DNA of 64,000 nucleotides from a virus (taxonomy: Duplodnaviria; Heunggongvirae; Uroviricota; Caudoviricetes), in the IMG/VR virus record IMGVR_UViG_3300005077_000002, positions 64,001 to 128,000 of that record. One strand, written 5' to 3'. Positions 8,924-17,215 of the stretch are shown here, in pieces; the stretch's first letter is position 1; every line of letters starts with the position of its first letter. The position numbers were made by a program, and so were the translations under genes. The notes under the pieces are model-generated. The model ran no database searches, was not told the origin of the DNA, and was given only the letters and a program-made list of their open reading frames with translations.

Positions 8924-9551
8924 CATAATAAATCCAAATACGGGCATGGATATGCCCACTTTCGTAACGCCTAAAATAATGTTTCAGGCTTTGCGACCAG
9001 GGGCCGTATTGCCGCAGATAGCACATGAAACGGATGCCGGTTATGATCTTAGTGCTTGTTTTGACGCAGAGTCCTTACGGAATCTAAACGTTAATAACAC
9101 AGAGATGGCTGATTACGTTGAACATAGTAACGTAATCAAGCTTGGTAACTGGCAAAGAGTAGTTGTACCCACTGGATTAAGGGTACAGTTACCCCCTCCG
9201 TTTTATGCTAATCTTGGTGCTATACCTGTGAAAACATCTCTTCCACCTATCCTTACATGCAGAGCAGTATGGGAACTTGAGATTGTACCAAGATCCGGAC
9301 TTGCGGCCAAATTTGGAATTACTATACTCAATTCACCTGGTACTATTGATCATGGGTACAGGGGTGAAATTGGTGTAATACTCCGTAACTCAAGTCACAT
9401 GGATTTTTATATAAAATGTGGTGACCGTATTGCTCAGGCTAAATTCCATGTTGTGTATCAACCAACTATTACAATGGTTGATGAAATCGATATCAATACG
9501 GACAGAAGTACTGGTGGATTTGGACACACTGGAGTTAGTAATGGACAATAA
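8916..9551 (+). CDS. dut: Trimeric dUTPase
   Basis: All five motifs present: DAGYDL, PRSGLA, GTIDHGYRGE, GDRIAQ, RSTGGFGHTG. Carries two insertions. Confidence 0.95.
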   Translation: MGNIINPNTGMDMPTFVTPKIMFQALRPGAVLPQIAHETDAGYDLSACFDAESLRNLNVNNTEMADYVEHSNVIKLGNWQRVVVPTGLRVQLPPPFYANLGAIPVKTSLPPILTCRAVWELEIVPRSGLAAKFGITILNSPGTIDHGYRGEIGVILRNSSHMDFYIKCGDRIAQAKFHVVYQPTITMVDEIDINTDRSTGGFGHTGVSNGQ

Positions 9552-10086
9552 ACCGGTAATTGCTACTGAAATCGACCAGGCACCTGATCCTATAAAGGTG
9601 CCTGTTTTATTTATTGGTATAGCCGCCCGTATGATCACTAAGAATCCGTTCAGAAAGAAAGGACGGTTACTACATGTGTTGACCGGCGGCGCCATGTATG
9701 CCATATCGGACGAGCCCAAGGATAAGCTCGAGCAATACATGCAGAAACTGGTGGTGCAGTGGAATTCGGAATACAAAAGTATCCCGTTTACTGATGAGAT
9801 CCGATCAAAGTACAAAAGAACATGGGGCGTGGACAACAATGGTGTGGACAGTGGCAAATTGTTGCATTATTGGGCTAGTGTTTATAATGGTCTACGCTTT
9901 GTTGTCTTGGAGATCAAGGAGATTGAATCCCGGGTTGCATTTGTGTTTGGTAATAACCAGAATATCGATATACCTGATTTGCTGAAATTGGCTCTTATGC
10001 AAATACCAAAGGATCATCCCCTGATGCAGAGATTTCTTAAGTCTATTAATGCTAAAGAAGAGCAGAAAGGATTAACCGAATTATGA
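9541..10086 (+). CDS. Hypothetical protein
   Basis: Start moved from 9418 to ATG 9541, which follows GGAG at 9531-9534 and overlaps the dut stop region. Confidence 0.65.
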   Translation: MDNKPVIATEIDQAPDPIKVPVLFIGIAARMITKNPFRKKGRLLHVLTGGAMYAISDEPKDKLEQYMQKLVVQWNSEYKSIPFTDEIRSKYKRTWGVDNNGVDSGKLLHYWASVYNGLRFVVLEIKEIESRVAFVFGNNQNIDIPDLLKLALMQIPKDHPLMQRFLKSINAKEEQKGLTEL

Positions 10087-10247
10087 GTTTTGCATTGATG
10101 TTTGCGGCTACGGTAGCCGTGACACTTATTGTTGGCTTGGCTACAGATAGCCAGGTTTACGCTGCCTTAACTTTAGTTGTTGGCACCATTGTAAACTTCT
10201 TTTATCACAAAATGAAGCACAACAAAGAGACGTCAACCAATGGCTGA
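10083..10247 (+). CDS. Small two-TM membrane protein (54 aa; not in the ORF track)
   Basis: ATGA overlap with the previous stop. Reads MSFALMFAATVAVTLIVGLATDSQVYAALTLVVGTIVNFFYHKMKH..., and its end overlaps the thyX start. Confidence 0.6.
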   Translation: MSFALMFAATVAVTLIVGLATDSQVYAALTLVVGTIVNFFYHKMKHNKETSTNG

Positions 10248-11094
10248 AAAACCGTATGCACGCATACTGTTAGATTCCTTGTCACCGGCCGGCAAACGTA
10301 TAACAACGTTTGAGACTTTAATGCCAATGCATGCGTGGGTCCACTTACTGACCCATCGCATGCTTTCAAGGAATTTACAAAGTAGTAGGGCAATACCTAC
10401 CAGTAAATTAATGGGACGCGCTAACTTCGTGCCTGAGTACTGGGGTAAGAATGTTAAAGGCATGCAGCCCGATGGGCAGCTGCTTGGACTTCGTAAACTA
10501 ACCGCCAGATTAGTATGGAATGCCGCACAAACTCATGCCAAACTGGCCGCCAGAATCCTTGGCTATCTTGGCTTGCACAAAGAGACTACTAATCGTGTAC
10601 TAACTCCGTACATACTGGTTAAAGGTATCGTCACTGCGACCGAACTGGACAATTTCTTTAAGCTTAGACTGGATCCGCATGCCCAGTACGACATCAGGAT
10701 GATCGCTACGCAAATGCAGTTGGCTATGAATGATTCCACTCCTGTTGAACGCTATATTCATGCTCCATTTCTGGACAGATTCATAACAACAACTGATCAG
10801 TTTGTACAGTATATCGGCAAACATTTTGTTGATACCGCTGATATGGCTCCTGAACTTATGCACTATATGAAGATATCCGCGGCCAGATGTGCGCGCATAA
10901 GCTATCTTGCTCATGATAGTGAAAAGATACATAATTCAGCAGATATTGAATTGGCTACACGTCTTGCTTCGAATGGACATTTAAGTCCTTTTGAGCACGT
11001 GGCTATCTGTACGAAGTACACAGATCAGCATTTGGGTAATTTCTTTGGCTGGATGCAGTTCAGAAGACTGATCGAAAACAAAACCATTAGGTAG
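10240..11094 (+). CDS. thyX: FAD-dependent thymidylate synthase ThyX
   Basis: LLTHRMLSRNLQSSRAIP (ThyX motif), SAARCARISY and HLSPFEH. Confidence 0.92.
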   Translation: MAEKPYARILLDSLSPAGKRITTFETLMPMHAWVHLLTHRMLSRNLQSSRAIPTSKLMGRANFVPEYWGKNVKGMQPDGQLLGLRKLTARLVWNAAQTHAKLAARILGYLGLHKETTNRVLTPYILVKGIVTATELDNFFKLRLDPHAQYDIRMIATQMQLAMNDSTPVERYIHAPFLDRFITTTDQFVQYIGKHFVDTADMAPELMHYMKISAARCARISYLAHDSEKIHNSADIELATRLASNGHLSPFEHVAICTKYTDQHLGNFFGWMQFRRLIENKTIR

Positions 11095-11098
11095 GACT

Positions 11099-11385
11099 AT
11101 GATTGGAAGAGCAACGTTTCAAGTTTCAAATGAGTTACTCACTGGTATTTTGGAATCCATATTTGGGTTTGACGAAATTCATATCGTGGATATGCAGAAG
11201 CTTCAGATGCGAATTGTAAATTGCGTATCGTTGGAGAGAATGGTAACAGTTACATTATGGATGGTGAAACCGGCAACGTACGAATAAGATTATTCATCGG
11301 CGGTTATTACAAAATTGAGATTATCCGGACAGATACCATTCAACCAATCACCGCAACAGTTTACGTAATTGTAGCGAGGGAATAA
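11099..11385 (+). pseudogene. Small gene apparently split by a frameshift near 11190
   Basis: Frame from ATG 11099 stops at 11287, while the -1 frame is open 11173-11385 (YAEASDANCKLRIVGENGNSYIMDGETGNVRIRLF...). Confidence 0.35.
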
Positions 11386-11391
11386 TTTTTA

Positions 11392-11543
11392 ATGGAACTT
11401 AAGAAAATTCCATCTACATGGTCCATCACTGATGTGTGATTGAAAACGCACAACAATTTAAAACAAGGGGACTGGCAAAAAAGGCATTAAGTGCAACAAG
11501 AAATTATAGACCATTTATACGTGCAAAGATAATAAAATTATAA
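11392..11543 (+). pseudogene. Small gene apparently broken by a 2-nt (TG) slip
   Basis: MELKKIPSTWSITDV* joins IENAQQFKTRGLAKKALSATRNYRPFIRAKIIKL* if one TG is removed from gatGTGTGatt (11434-11438). Confidence 0.4.
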
Positions 11544-11669
11544 TCCATTCCTGCCCTGCATGAAAGAGGTTCGGTATGGCAAAAGAACCATACAACAGTA
11601 GAAGCAAACAGGTTATGCCTGTCACCACTTAGTGCAGGGTGGGATGTTTTGAGAGAAAAATGACTAAGA

Positions 11670-11691
11670 TTGGAGAGAACTTGGAGAGAAC
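11670..11691 (+). repeat. Tandem duplication of an 11-nt RBS-containing unit
   Basis: TTGGAGAGAAC x2 immediately before ATG 11692, with a degenerate third copy (ttgagagaaa) near 11649. Confidence 0.85.
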
Positions 11692-11952
11692 ATGGACATT
11701 ATACAAATAACCAGAAAAGTTACTGGTAATAATTATAGTAACATTGAATTAACGGCAACCATTACAAAAGACGAAAATCCCCTTGAATGTGCCATTAATC
11801 TTGATAAAGAAGCACGTGAAATGCTAAGAAAGATCGATGACACAAAGCGTGAAGAATTAGAAACCTTTAACAAGAAAGCAAGAATGTTAGACAAAATAGA
11901 TGCATTGAAGAGAGCTATTGAAAAAAATGAAATTAATGAATTGCCATTTTAG
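11692..11952 (+). CDS. Hypothetical protein (coiled-coil C-terminus)
   Basis: 86 aa with a strong RBS. Confidence 0.7.
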   Translation: MDIIQITRKVTGNNYSNIELTATITKDENPLECAINLDKEAREMLRKIDDTKREELETFNKKARMLDKIDALKRAIEKNEINELPF

Positions 11953-12033
11953 CCGTCTAACACAGCTTTATCCGGCAAATAACCAACCTGCCGCCGGATC
12001 CAATTTAAAACAAAGGATATATTAGGTATCACA

Positions 12034-12226
12034 ATGAGCTGCTGGACAAAAGAAGATTTAGAAAACATGCTGGAAAATGTTGTAAACGAGCTTGATCTTT
12101 CAGACACGATGATTGAAGAACATGGCTCACTTGGTACACCACCTGCTGTATTGGTGCGGTTGGTGATTGAGCAAAAAAAACAGGCAGATAGCTATGTTGC
12201 GTGCTGGTTTTGTTGATGTAGGGTAA
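12034..12226 (+). pseudogene. Small gene with a probable +1 A in an A8 tract
   Basis: As read, it ends at 12216 (...EQKKQADSYVACWFC*). With A7 at 12173-12180 it reads ...EQKNRQIAMLRAGFVDVG*, ending at TAA 12224-12226. Confidence 0.5.
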
Positions 12227-12438
12227 ACATAATAGACCGCGTCTGTAGTATCGTAGAGGATCGTAAATCGCCGGAGAAAAGCCTGTCAAGGCCAATGTCA
12301 CGCCAGTCTGACGAAGTGACGAAGTTTATAGTGTTCGAGCTAACATTTCGGCGATTTGTTATATAATGTACGTTATGTAAACTAATAAAAATCAATTACT
12401 TACGTAATGTACTATATTAACACACCAATGTCAATAGG

Positions 12439-12552
12439 TATGTAATGGTGAAATTGGTAAACACCCCGAGACAGTCGGCCGCGCTTTAATAACAATAGGC
12501 AAAATAAGTAGCCGAATACAGCGCATTCCCGGTTCGAGCCCGGGTTACATTC
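12439..12552 (+). ncRNA. tRNA-like RNA (class II/Leu-type D arm and T arm) with non-canonical anticodon hairpin and enlarged variable arm
   Basis: Acceptor TATGTAA/TTACATT; D arm GTG-AAATTGGTAAA-CAC; T arm CCCGG-TTCGAGC-CCGGG. The anticodon position holds CCGA-GACAG-TCGG (5-nt loop). Variable stem GCGCT/AGCGC encloses 34 nt. No encoded CCA. Confidence 0.7.
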
Positions 12553-12567
12553 ATTGACTAACTGCAG

Positions 12568-12604
12568 ACTGGTCTACTTGTTAATGGTGACCAGTTTGCT
12601 TTAT
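12568..12604 (+). terminator. Hairpin downstream of the tRNA-like RNA, probable intrinsic terminator
   Basis: ACTGGTC (12568-74) pairs with GACCAGT (12589-95), followed by TTGCTTTAT. Confidence 0.45.
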
Positions 12605-12620
12605 AATGTGGAGATTCCAT

Positions 12621-12983
12621 ATGAATTTTGTCAAGATTAAAGAAACGTCAAAGTACGAGAATAAGGACTACATTGTTACTGTAATGAAGGCAGACTTTAT
12701 CAAATCCATACCAGGACTGCCGAATTTGTTTCATGTTACAATTGTACGTAAGGATCACAATAAAGTTACAGACTGGGAAGAACTGCAGCGCATCAAAGAT
12801 CATGTAATTGGAGAAGACTACACAGCTTTGCAGATATTTCCGGCCAAAGCAGATGTTGTTAATTACTCCAATGCTTACCATTTATGGGTATTTGACAGTA
12901 GGGATTTCAGGTTGCCTTTCTTAATGCCCGTACAGCATAAAACCAAACGTGAATTTGTTCTGTTGAATGAAACGCAAAATTAG
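12621..12983 (+). CDS. Conserved-type phage hypothetical protein
   Basis: ATG 12621 follows GGAG (12610-13) and TATAAT (12602-07). Pattern WEELQRIKD..IGE..ALQIFP...VVN...YHLW is a recurrent uncharacterised phage motif. Confidence 0.7.
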   Translation: MNFVKIKETSKYENKDYIVTVMKADFIKSIPGLPNLFHVTIVRKDHNKVTDWEELQRIKDHVIGEDYTALQIFPAKADVVNYSNAYHLWVFDSRDFRLPFLMPVQHKTKREFVLLNETQN

Positions 12984-13266
12984 TGATAATCCGGCGCCTA
13001 AAGAGAAAACATTTTCATTTCATAATCCTAGCACTCCACCTTATATAAATAAATCCAAGGTTATTAAGATGCCTGATGCCGCCGTGTGCTGGAGTGGACC
13101 ATGTGAACAGAAGATTACTATACCCAGTCCGGATTCAGAGAAGGAAGTTATGTGCGCCGCAGGATGTAAACCCAAAAATGGTAAATGTTCCAGGCATATA
13201 ACCTGGAATGAAATACTAAAAAACCCAAACAGAATAACTGAATTATTTACTAACGTAGGAGGATAG
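12967..13266 (+). CDS. Hypothetical Cys-containing protein
   Basis: 99 aa with five Cys; overlaps the previous gene. Confidence 0.55.
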   Translation: MKRKISDNPAPKEKTFSFHNPSTPPYINKSKVIKMPDAAVCWSGPCEQKITIPSPDSEKEVMCAAGCKPKNGKCSRHITWNEILKNPNRITELFTNVGG

Positions 13267-13269
13267 AAA

Positions 13270-13599
13270 ATGTCATCTGGATATGCCCCGTGTAGTGGTT
13301 ACGTATTGCAACTAACCGAGGATTTACTTTACAAATTAGGTTATGATTGGCGCAAAGAGTACGTGTTGTTTAATAATGAAAATCAGCCCGACACTGGCGT
13401 TGATGGGACAGAAATCGATGTTGGTGTTTTCGTATACCGTGCTGAAAATGGAGACATATATGATGGTCTGGAAGATGAACAGACTTATATATCCTTCAGC
13501 GAGGAGGATCTCTTCGTAAAGACAAATACACCTGTTATGGATAAACTGGCATCATTGCAAATTGTTCCAAATTTCGAAATGTGGGTGCAATTCGGATGA
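13270..13599 (+). CDS. Hypothetical acidic protein
   Basis: 109 aa with a GGAGG RBS. Confidence 0.65.
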   Translation: MSSGYAPCSGYVLQLTEDLLYKLGYDWRKEYVLFNNENQPDTGVDGTEIDVGVFVYRAENGDIYDGLEDEQTYISFSEEDLFVKTNTPVMDKLASLQIVPNFEMWVQFG

Positions 13600-13775
13600 A
13601 CGAGGTCGTTGTTGAGTTAGTTGTGCACTCCGTCATACATATACCAGCTGGTATAAATATCAACGATATACTTAAAAGTATGAAATGTGATTTAACACCA
13701 TCGGATGAGTATGCTGGAATAGTGGATGTCGTTGATTCCGATATCGTTAATTCAATTATCATTAATAAGAAATAG
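13596..13775 (+). CDS. Small hypothetical protein
   Basis: ATGA overlap at 13596-13599. Confidence 0.55.
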   Translation: MNEVVVELVVHSVIHIPAGININDILKSMKCDLTPSDEYAGIVDVVDSDIVNSIIINKK

Positions 13776-13785
13776 GAGAATACAC

Positions 13786-14322
13786 ATGAGCATTAAATTG
13801 CAAATTGGATCGCTTGAAGCCTTGGAGAGACTCATAGGTGGTGACTCCGAAGTTGAAGTGGAATTAAGGACAGCGATCGTCCAGGATTTCGCCAAACGTC
13901 ATTTGAAGGGCATAATAACCAAGGAAGTGCTGGATAAAATTGTAGTAGACTTTAGGGGAACTTTTAAGTCCTACCTTCTGGATCAGTTTTGCTCTGTTCA
14001 TCGTAGCTGGAATGATGTTATCAAGGAATTCATTTTCAAAGATCCGTACAAAACTGCCGTAATTAAACATTTACATGATTTGGCCAATGAAGTTGTTACA
14101 ACTTATAAAGATGAATTGACTGAACACATTAAACATCAGATTACACTCAGCATAACTGAGATGCATGAAGCATTAAAAACATACGCCCTTGATGACATCA
14201 AAAAATCTACCAGCACAATGGTTGATAATTTGATCGCTGAACTGAAATCAAAATGGACGGACGCGGTTCATGCTGAAGCAATTAAACTGATCGATAATGT
14301 GGTCAAAGCCAAATCAACGTAG
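13786..14322 (+). CDS. Hypothetical helical protein
   Basis: ATG 13786 follows AGGAG; the track start at 13726 is probably too far upstream. Confidence 0.7.
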   Translation: MSIKLQIGSLEALERLIGGDSEVEVELRTAIVQDFAKRHLKGIITKEVLDKIVVDFRGTFKSYLLDQFCSVHRSWNDVIKEFIFKDPYKTAVIKHLHDLANEVVTTYKDELTEHIKHQITLSITEMHEALKTYALDDIKKSTSTMVDNLIAELKSKWTDAVHAEAIKLIDNVVKAKST

Positions 14323-14331
14323 GAGGTTGTT

Positions 14332-14997
14332 ATGAACTGGAGTCATATAACCGATGGGTATAATAAACGTGACAATATAATGGTAGTCATTGCTGTGTTA
14401 GTAGTAATGTTAATGTATTCAATGTTTGCTATAATAGCATTTACCAAAGATGTTGACAATTACTACTGGCAATTGGTTGATAAACGCGTTGTTGTGGATA
14501 TACGCGAACAAGATAGTGTACTGGTGGTGGACTGTGTAACAGATTCCATCTTTAAGCCATTCCACTTCCCTACCTTGATATGGTCATTATCTGACAATGA
14601 AAGTACCTATGCAAAAATACTGCTTACCGACAGGTTGGAGTATTTAACCGGTGCTGTATTGCTGGACCAGCATTTTGCTGACTATGTGTTTTTCACGAAA
14701 AAACTAAATAAACTGGTAGTTCAGCTGGTGGACAACAGAATTCCATTTAAGAAAGTAGTGGATAAGAATGGTGTTGTCCATTACTATCGTCAACCGCGTG
14801 AAGTATATGCCAAGATATGGGTAACCCGTGAACTATACCGTTACCTGGAATTTGATGGATTGCTGGAACTGAATAATGATGTGAAGGACAAATACTACAA
14901 ATACAGAATAATGCATCTGTTACCACAATGGATAAATTATTCTAAATTGCCATTCAATACTATACAGATAAAGGTTAGGCCATGGGTGGATGGATAG
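14332..14997 (+). CDS. Hypothetical protein with an N-terminal TM anchor
   Basis: AGGAGG RBS; hydrophobic segment IMVVIAVLVVMLMYSMFAIIAF. Confidence 0.7.
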   Translation: MNWSHITDGYNKRDNIMVVIAVLVVMLMYSMFAIIAFTKDVDNYYWQLVDKRVVVDIREQDSVLVVDCVTDSIFKPFHFPTLIWSLSDNESTYAKILLTDRLEYLTGAVLLDQHFADYVFFTKKLNKLVVQLVDNRIPFKKVVDKNGVVHYYRQPREVYAKIWVTRELYRYLEFDGLLELNNDVKDKYYKYRIMHLLPQWINYSKLPFNTIQIKVRPWVDG

Positions 14998-15227
14998 CGT
15001 CAACATTGTCAGTTTACGGAATTATTCTAAATGCCAGGAAATCCATATGGTGCTGGCCGGTCTGGACTGTATCTAATATATTCTGGATCTGGCATACTAT
15101 AGTTCATGCTGACTACCCTGCCCTGCTGACTTGGATTGTTTTCACCGTGGCTAATATCTACGGCTGGAGAGAATGGTACAATGACAAAAACAAAAGCCCG
15201 GCTCACCACAAACCGGGCTCTTTGTAA
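14982..15227 (+). CDS. Half-size PnuC-like (nicotinamide riboside transporter family) membrane protein
   Basis: Three TMs with LNARKSIWCWPVW..SN and NIYGWREW, matching the PnuC repeat pattern. Confidence 0.7.
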   Translation: MGGWIASTLSVYGIILNARKSIWCWPVWTVSNIFWIWHTIVHADYPALLTWIVFTVANIYGWREWYNDKNKSPAHHKPGSL

Positions 15228-15293
15228 TACTGAATCATGTCAGTACCCATAACGAGTCGAATATAACTATTTCCATATGTAAATGTCAACAGT

Positions 15294-15305
15294 GTGACAT
15301 ATCTA
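15294..15305 (+). promoter_or_regulatory. Copy of the recurrent motif (G)TGACATATCTA
   Basis: Intergenic, 21 nt before ATG 15327; same 11-mer as at 36600 and 55488. Confidence 0.55.
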
Positions 15306-15326
15306 CTTAAAACAAGGAGATTTGCT

Positions 15327-15905
15327 ATGGAAATGTTATTTTTGATTATAGCACTGTTATTCTTTGCCTCTGGTGCTTGGTTTAACTCTATCATGGACAC
15401 TATTGTCCATCATTGGGAAACCAGCATATTCTTTGTTATAAAGAACAGTGCTTTTAAGAAATGGATGCAAAGTGACTGGCGCCTTAAATATATCGATGGC
15501 GACTGGCGCAATGGCATCGTTCGTATATTAGATTTTTACTTTCCAGGTTACGAGTTTTTGTTCAAAGTTCCGTTTACTAATAAATATGTTTTTGTATCGT
15601 TATTACCGGAAATAAATTTTGAAGGAATCAAGAAACCTGCCTTTATGTGGGATGGCTGGCACTGTGCTAAAGTTTGCATGCTTATATCCAATGTTATGGC
15701 GGCCCTGGCTTTATTTGTAGCCGGAGGCTTCGCGCACATGCATGGTAACTTTAGCTTTTGGCCGTTCATGCTGCAGTCAGGAGTATATATGGTTGTATTC
15801 CTGACCGTATGGTATTTGGCTTTCGCTTCGTTTTATAAAATAATCTGGATACAGCCAAATTACAGACGTTTCGAATGGAAGGATATATTCTTACCTTATT
15901 TTTAG
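15327..15905 (+). CDS. Multi-TM membrane protein, unknown function
   Basis: ATG 15327 follows AAGGAG; at least three hydrophobic helices, Trp-rich. Confidence 0.7.
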   Translation: MEMLFLIIALLFFASGAWFNSIMDTIVHHWETSIFFVIKNSAFKKWMQSDWRLKYIDGDWRNGIVRILDFYFPGYEFLFKVPFTNKYVFVSLLPEINFEGIKKPAFMWDGWHCAKVCMLISNVMAALALFVAGGFAHMHGNFSFWPFMLQSGVYMVVFLTVWYLAFASFYKIIWIQPNYRRFEWKDIFLPYF

Positions 15906-15951
15906 TTGATGCTTATACTGGTTTATCCTCATAACAGTGTTAAGCTCAGAT

Positions 15952-15991
15952 AGCCGGATTTGTGCCCTTCCTCCCGCAAATCCGGCTTTTA
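15952..15991 (+). terminator. Intrinsic terminator
   Basis: AGCCGGATTTG (15952-62) / CAAATCCGGCT (15977-87), followed by TTT. Confidence 0.75.
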
Positions 15992-16015
15992 ATTAATCCC
16001 ATCGAGGGTTGTTTC

Positions 16016-16561
16016 ATGAAATTTATTATTGATATTGACGGCGTATTACGCAACATCGTAGATCGAATATTAGACATCTATAAAACTGATTTTGACCGCG
16101 ATTATATTATATCCTACGAAGATATTACTCAATACAGAATATCACCGTTTTTACCATTGCTGAAAGATGACGACGCATTAGTCGACGCATTCTTCAAGGG
16201 TAAGTACGCATACGACGTATTTGTTAAAGCGAATCCGCATGATAACGCAATTGAGTCTTTGCGGTCCCTGCATGATGATGGCCATTTTATTCATATCGCC
16301 ACCAATCAGTTTAAGGGTGTAGAGCACCTGACCATGCTTTGGTTGTATAACAACTCGGTGCCATATGACCTCATCACGTTCGGCAAACACAAATATATGC
16401 TGGACGCCGATGTATTTATTGATGATAGTACCGACATATTAACGGAATTCAGACAGCACAATCCTCATAGTTTACCGGTTTGTGTAACGCAGCCCTGGAA
16501 TAGCTCATGGGAAGGACTGCGCGTAAATAATCTGAAAGAACTAATAGACATGGCGGTTTAA
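16016..16561 (+). CDS. 5'(3')-deoxyribonucleotidase (NT5C-like HAD phosphatase)
   Basis: IIDIDGVL (HAD motif I), HIATNQ, KH.LDADVFIDDS and VTQPWN. The true start is ATG 16016 (the track start sits inside the terminator). Confidence 0.85.
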   Translation: MKFIIDIDGVLRNIVDRILDIYKTDFDRDYIISYEDITQYRISPFLPLLKDDDALVDAFFKGKYAYDVFVKANPHDNAIESLRSLHDDGHFIHIATNQFKGVEHLTMLWLYNNSVPYDLITFGKHKYMLDADVFIDDSTDILTEFRQHNPHSLPVCVTQPWNSSWEGLRVNNLKELIDMAV

Positions 16562-16652
16562 TTAACTGTCGGACAGATGCTACAAAAACATATAACAATC
16601 TACAGCGCAATTACTGAATCAGCTGTATTTTCTAATAAACGAAAGGATACCA

Positions 16653-17150
16653 ATGAAATCTTTTAAAGATATGACAGATCAAGAATACATTGAATTCATC
16701 GAAAAGCGGGACATAAAAACTGGTATCGAGATCATGGACAGTATTGGGTATAAGAATACACCGCTAGGACAGTCCAATGATGTCACTCCACATACTGATT
16801 TCCGTAAAGTTGGACTTTCCTGCCCTTTTGAGCACTGTATTCTTTCCATGCCACCAGTACCAGTTGAACTTGGTGCTTACCATAAAAACTGGCCGTTCGT
16901 TAGGTGTAATAGGTTTGGCCGAGCCTGTCCTGGTGGAACTATCCAAATTATGCAGTGCTTCGGTGAAAAGAAAGAACCGAAACCTGCAGATGAATCCGCA
17001 CAGAATAAGGACGTTCAGGTCAAGGATGACAAAGCCGCGGATCCAGTACCAGAGACTAAATTACCGAAAAAACCTGTTATTGAGGCAAGTAAGCCACAAA
17101 TGGAATTAAAACCAGGTGGTAAGAATAAGTCGAAGGTAAAGGGTCGATAA
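16653..17150 (+). CDS. Hypothetical protein with a Cys cluster and Lys/Pro-rich tail
   Basis: SCPFEHC...RCNRFGRACPGG..QC; AAGGA RBS. Confidence 0.65.
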   Translation: MKSFKDMTDQEYIEFIEKRDIKTGIEIMDSIGYKNTPLGQSNDVTPHTDFRKVGLSCPFEHCILSMPPVPVELGAYHKNWPFVRCNRFGRACPGGTIQIMQCFGEKKEPKPADESAQNKDVQVKDDKAADPVPETKLPKKPVIEASKPQMELKPGGKNKSKVKGR

Positions 17151-17171
17151 TAACGACTCATACACACCACT

Positions 17172-17202
17172 ACCCCGGGCTAACACCCCGGGGTTTATTT
17201 TT
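17172..17202 (+). terminator. Intrinsic terminator
   Basis: ACCCCGGG-ctaacac-CCCGGGGT followed by TTATTTTT. Confidence 0.8.
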
Positions 17203-17215
17203 ATGGAGGTAGTAG

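Noticed and set aside
12310-12325. GACGAAGT x2 tandem repeat
   Set aside because: Only two 8-nt copies and no recurrence elsewhere; too short to interpret.
12483-12491. CT-TTA-AT inside the tRNA-like RNA as an ochre-suppressor anticodon loop
   Set aside because: It is not closed by a 5-bp stem at the anticodon position; it lies at the base of the variable arm, and TAA is used as a normal stop throughout.
15195-15224. AGCCCGG/CCGGGCT hairpin as a terminator
   Set aside because: It lies inside the end of the PnuC-like ORF, with an 11-nt loop and a weak U-tract; plausible but not supportable.
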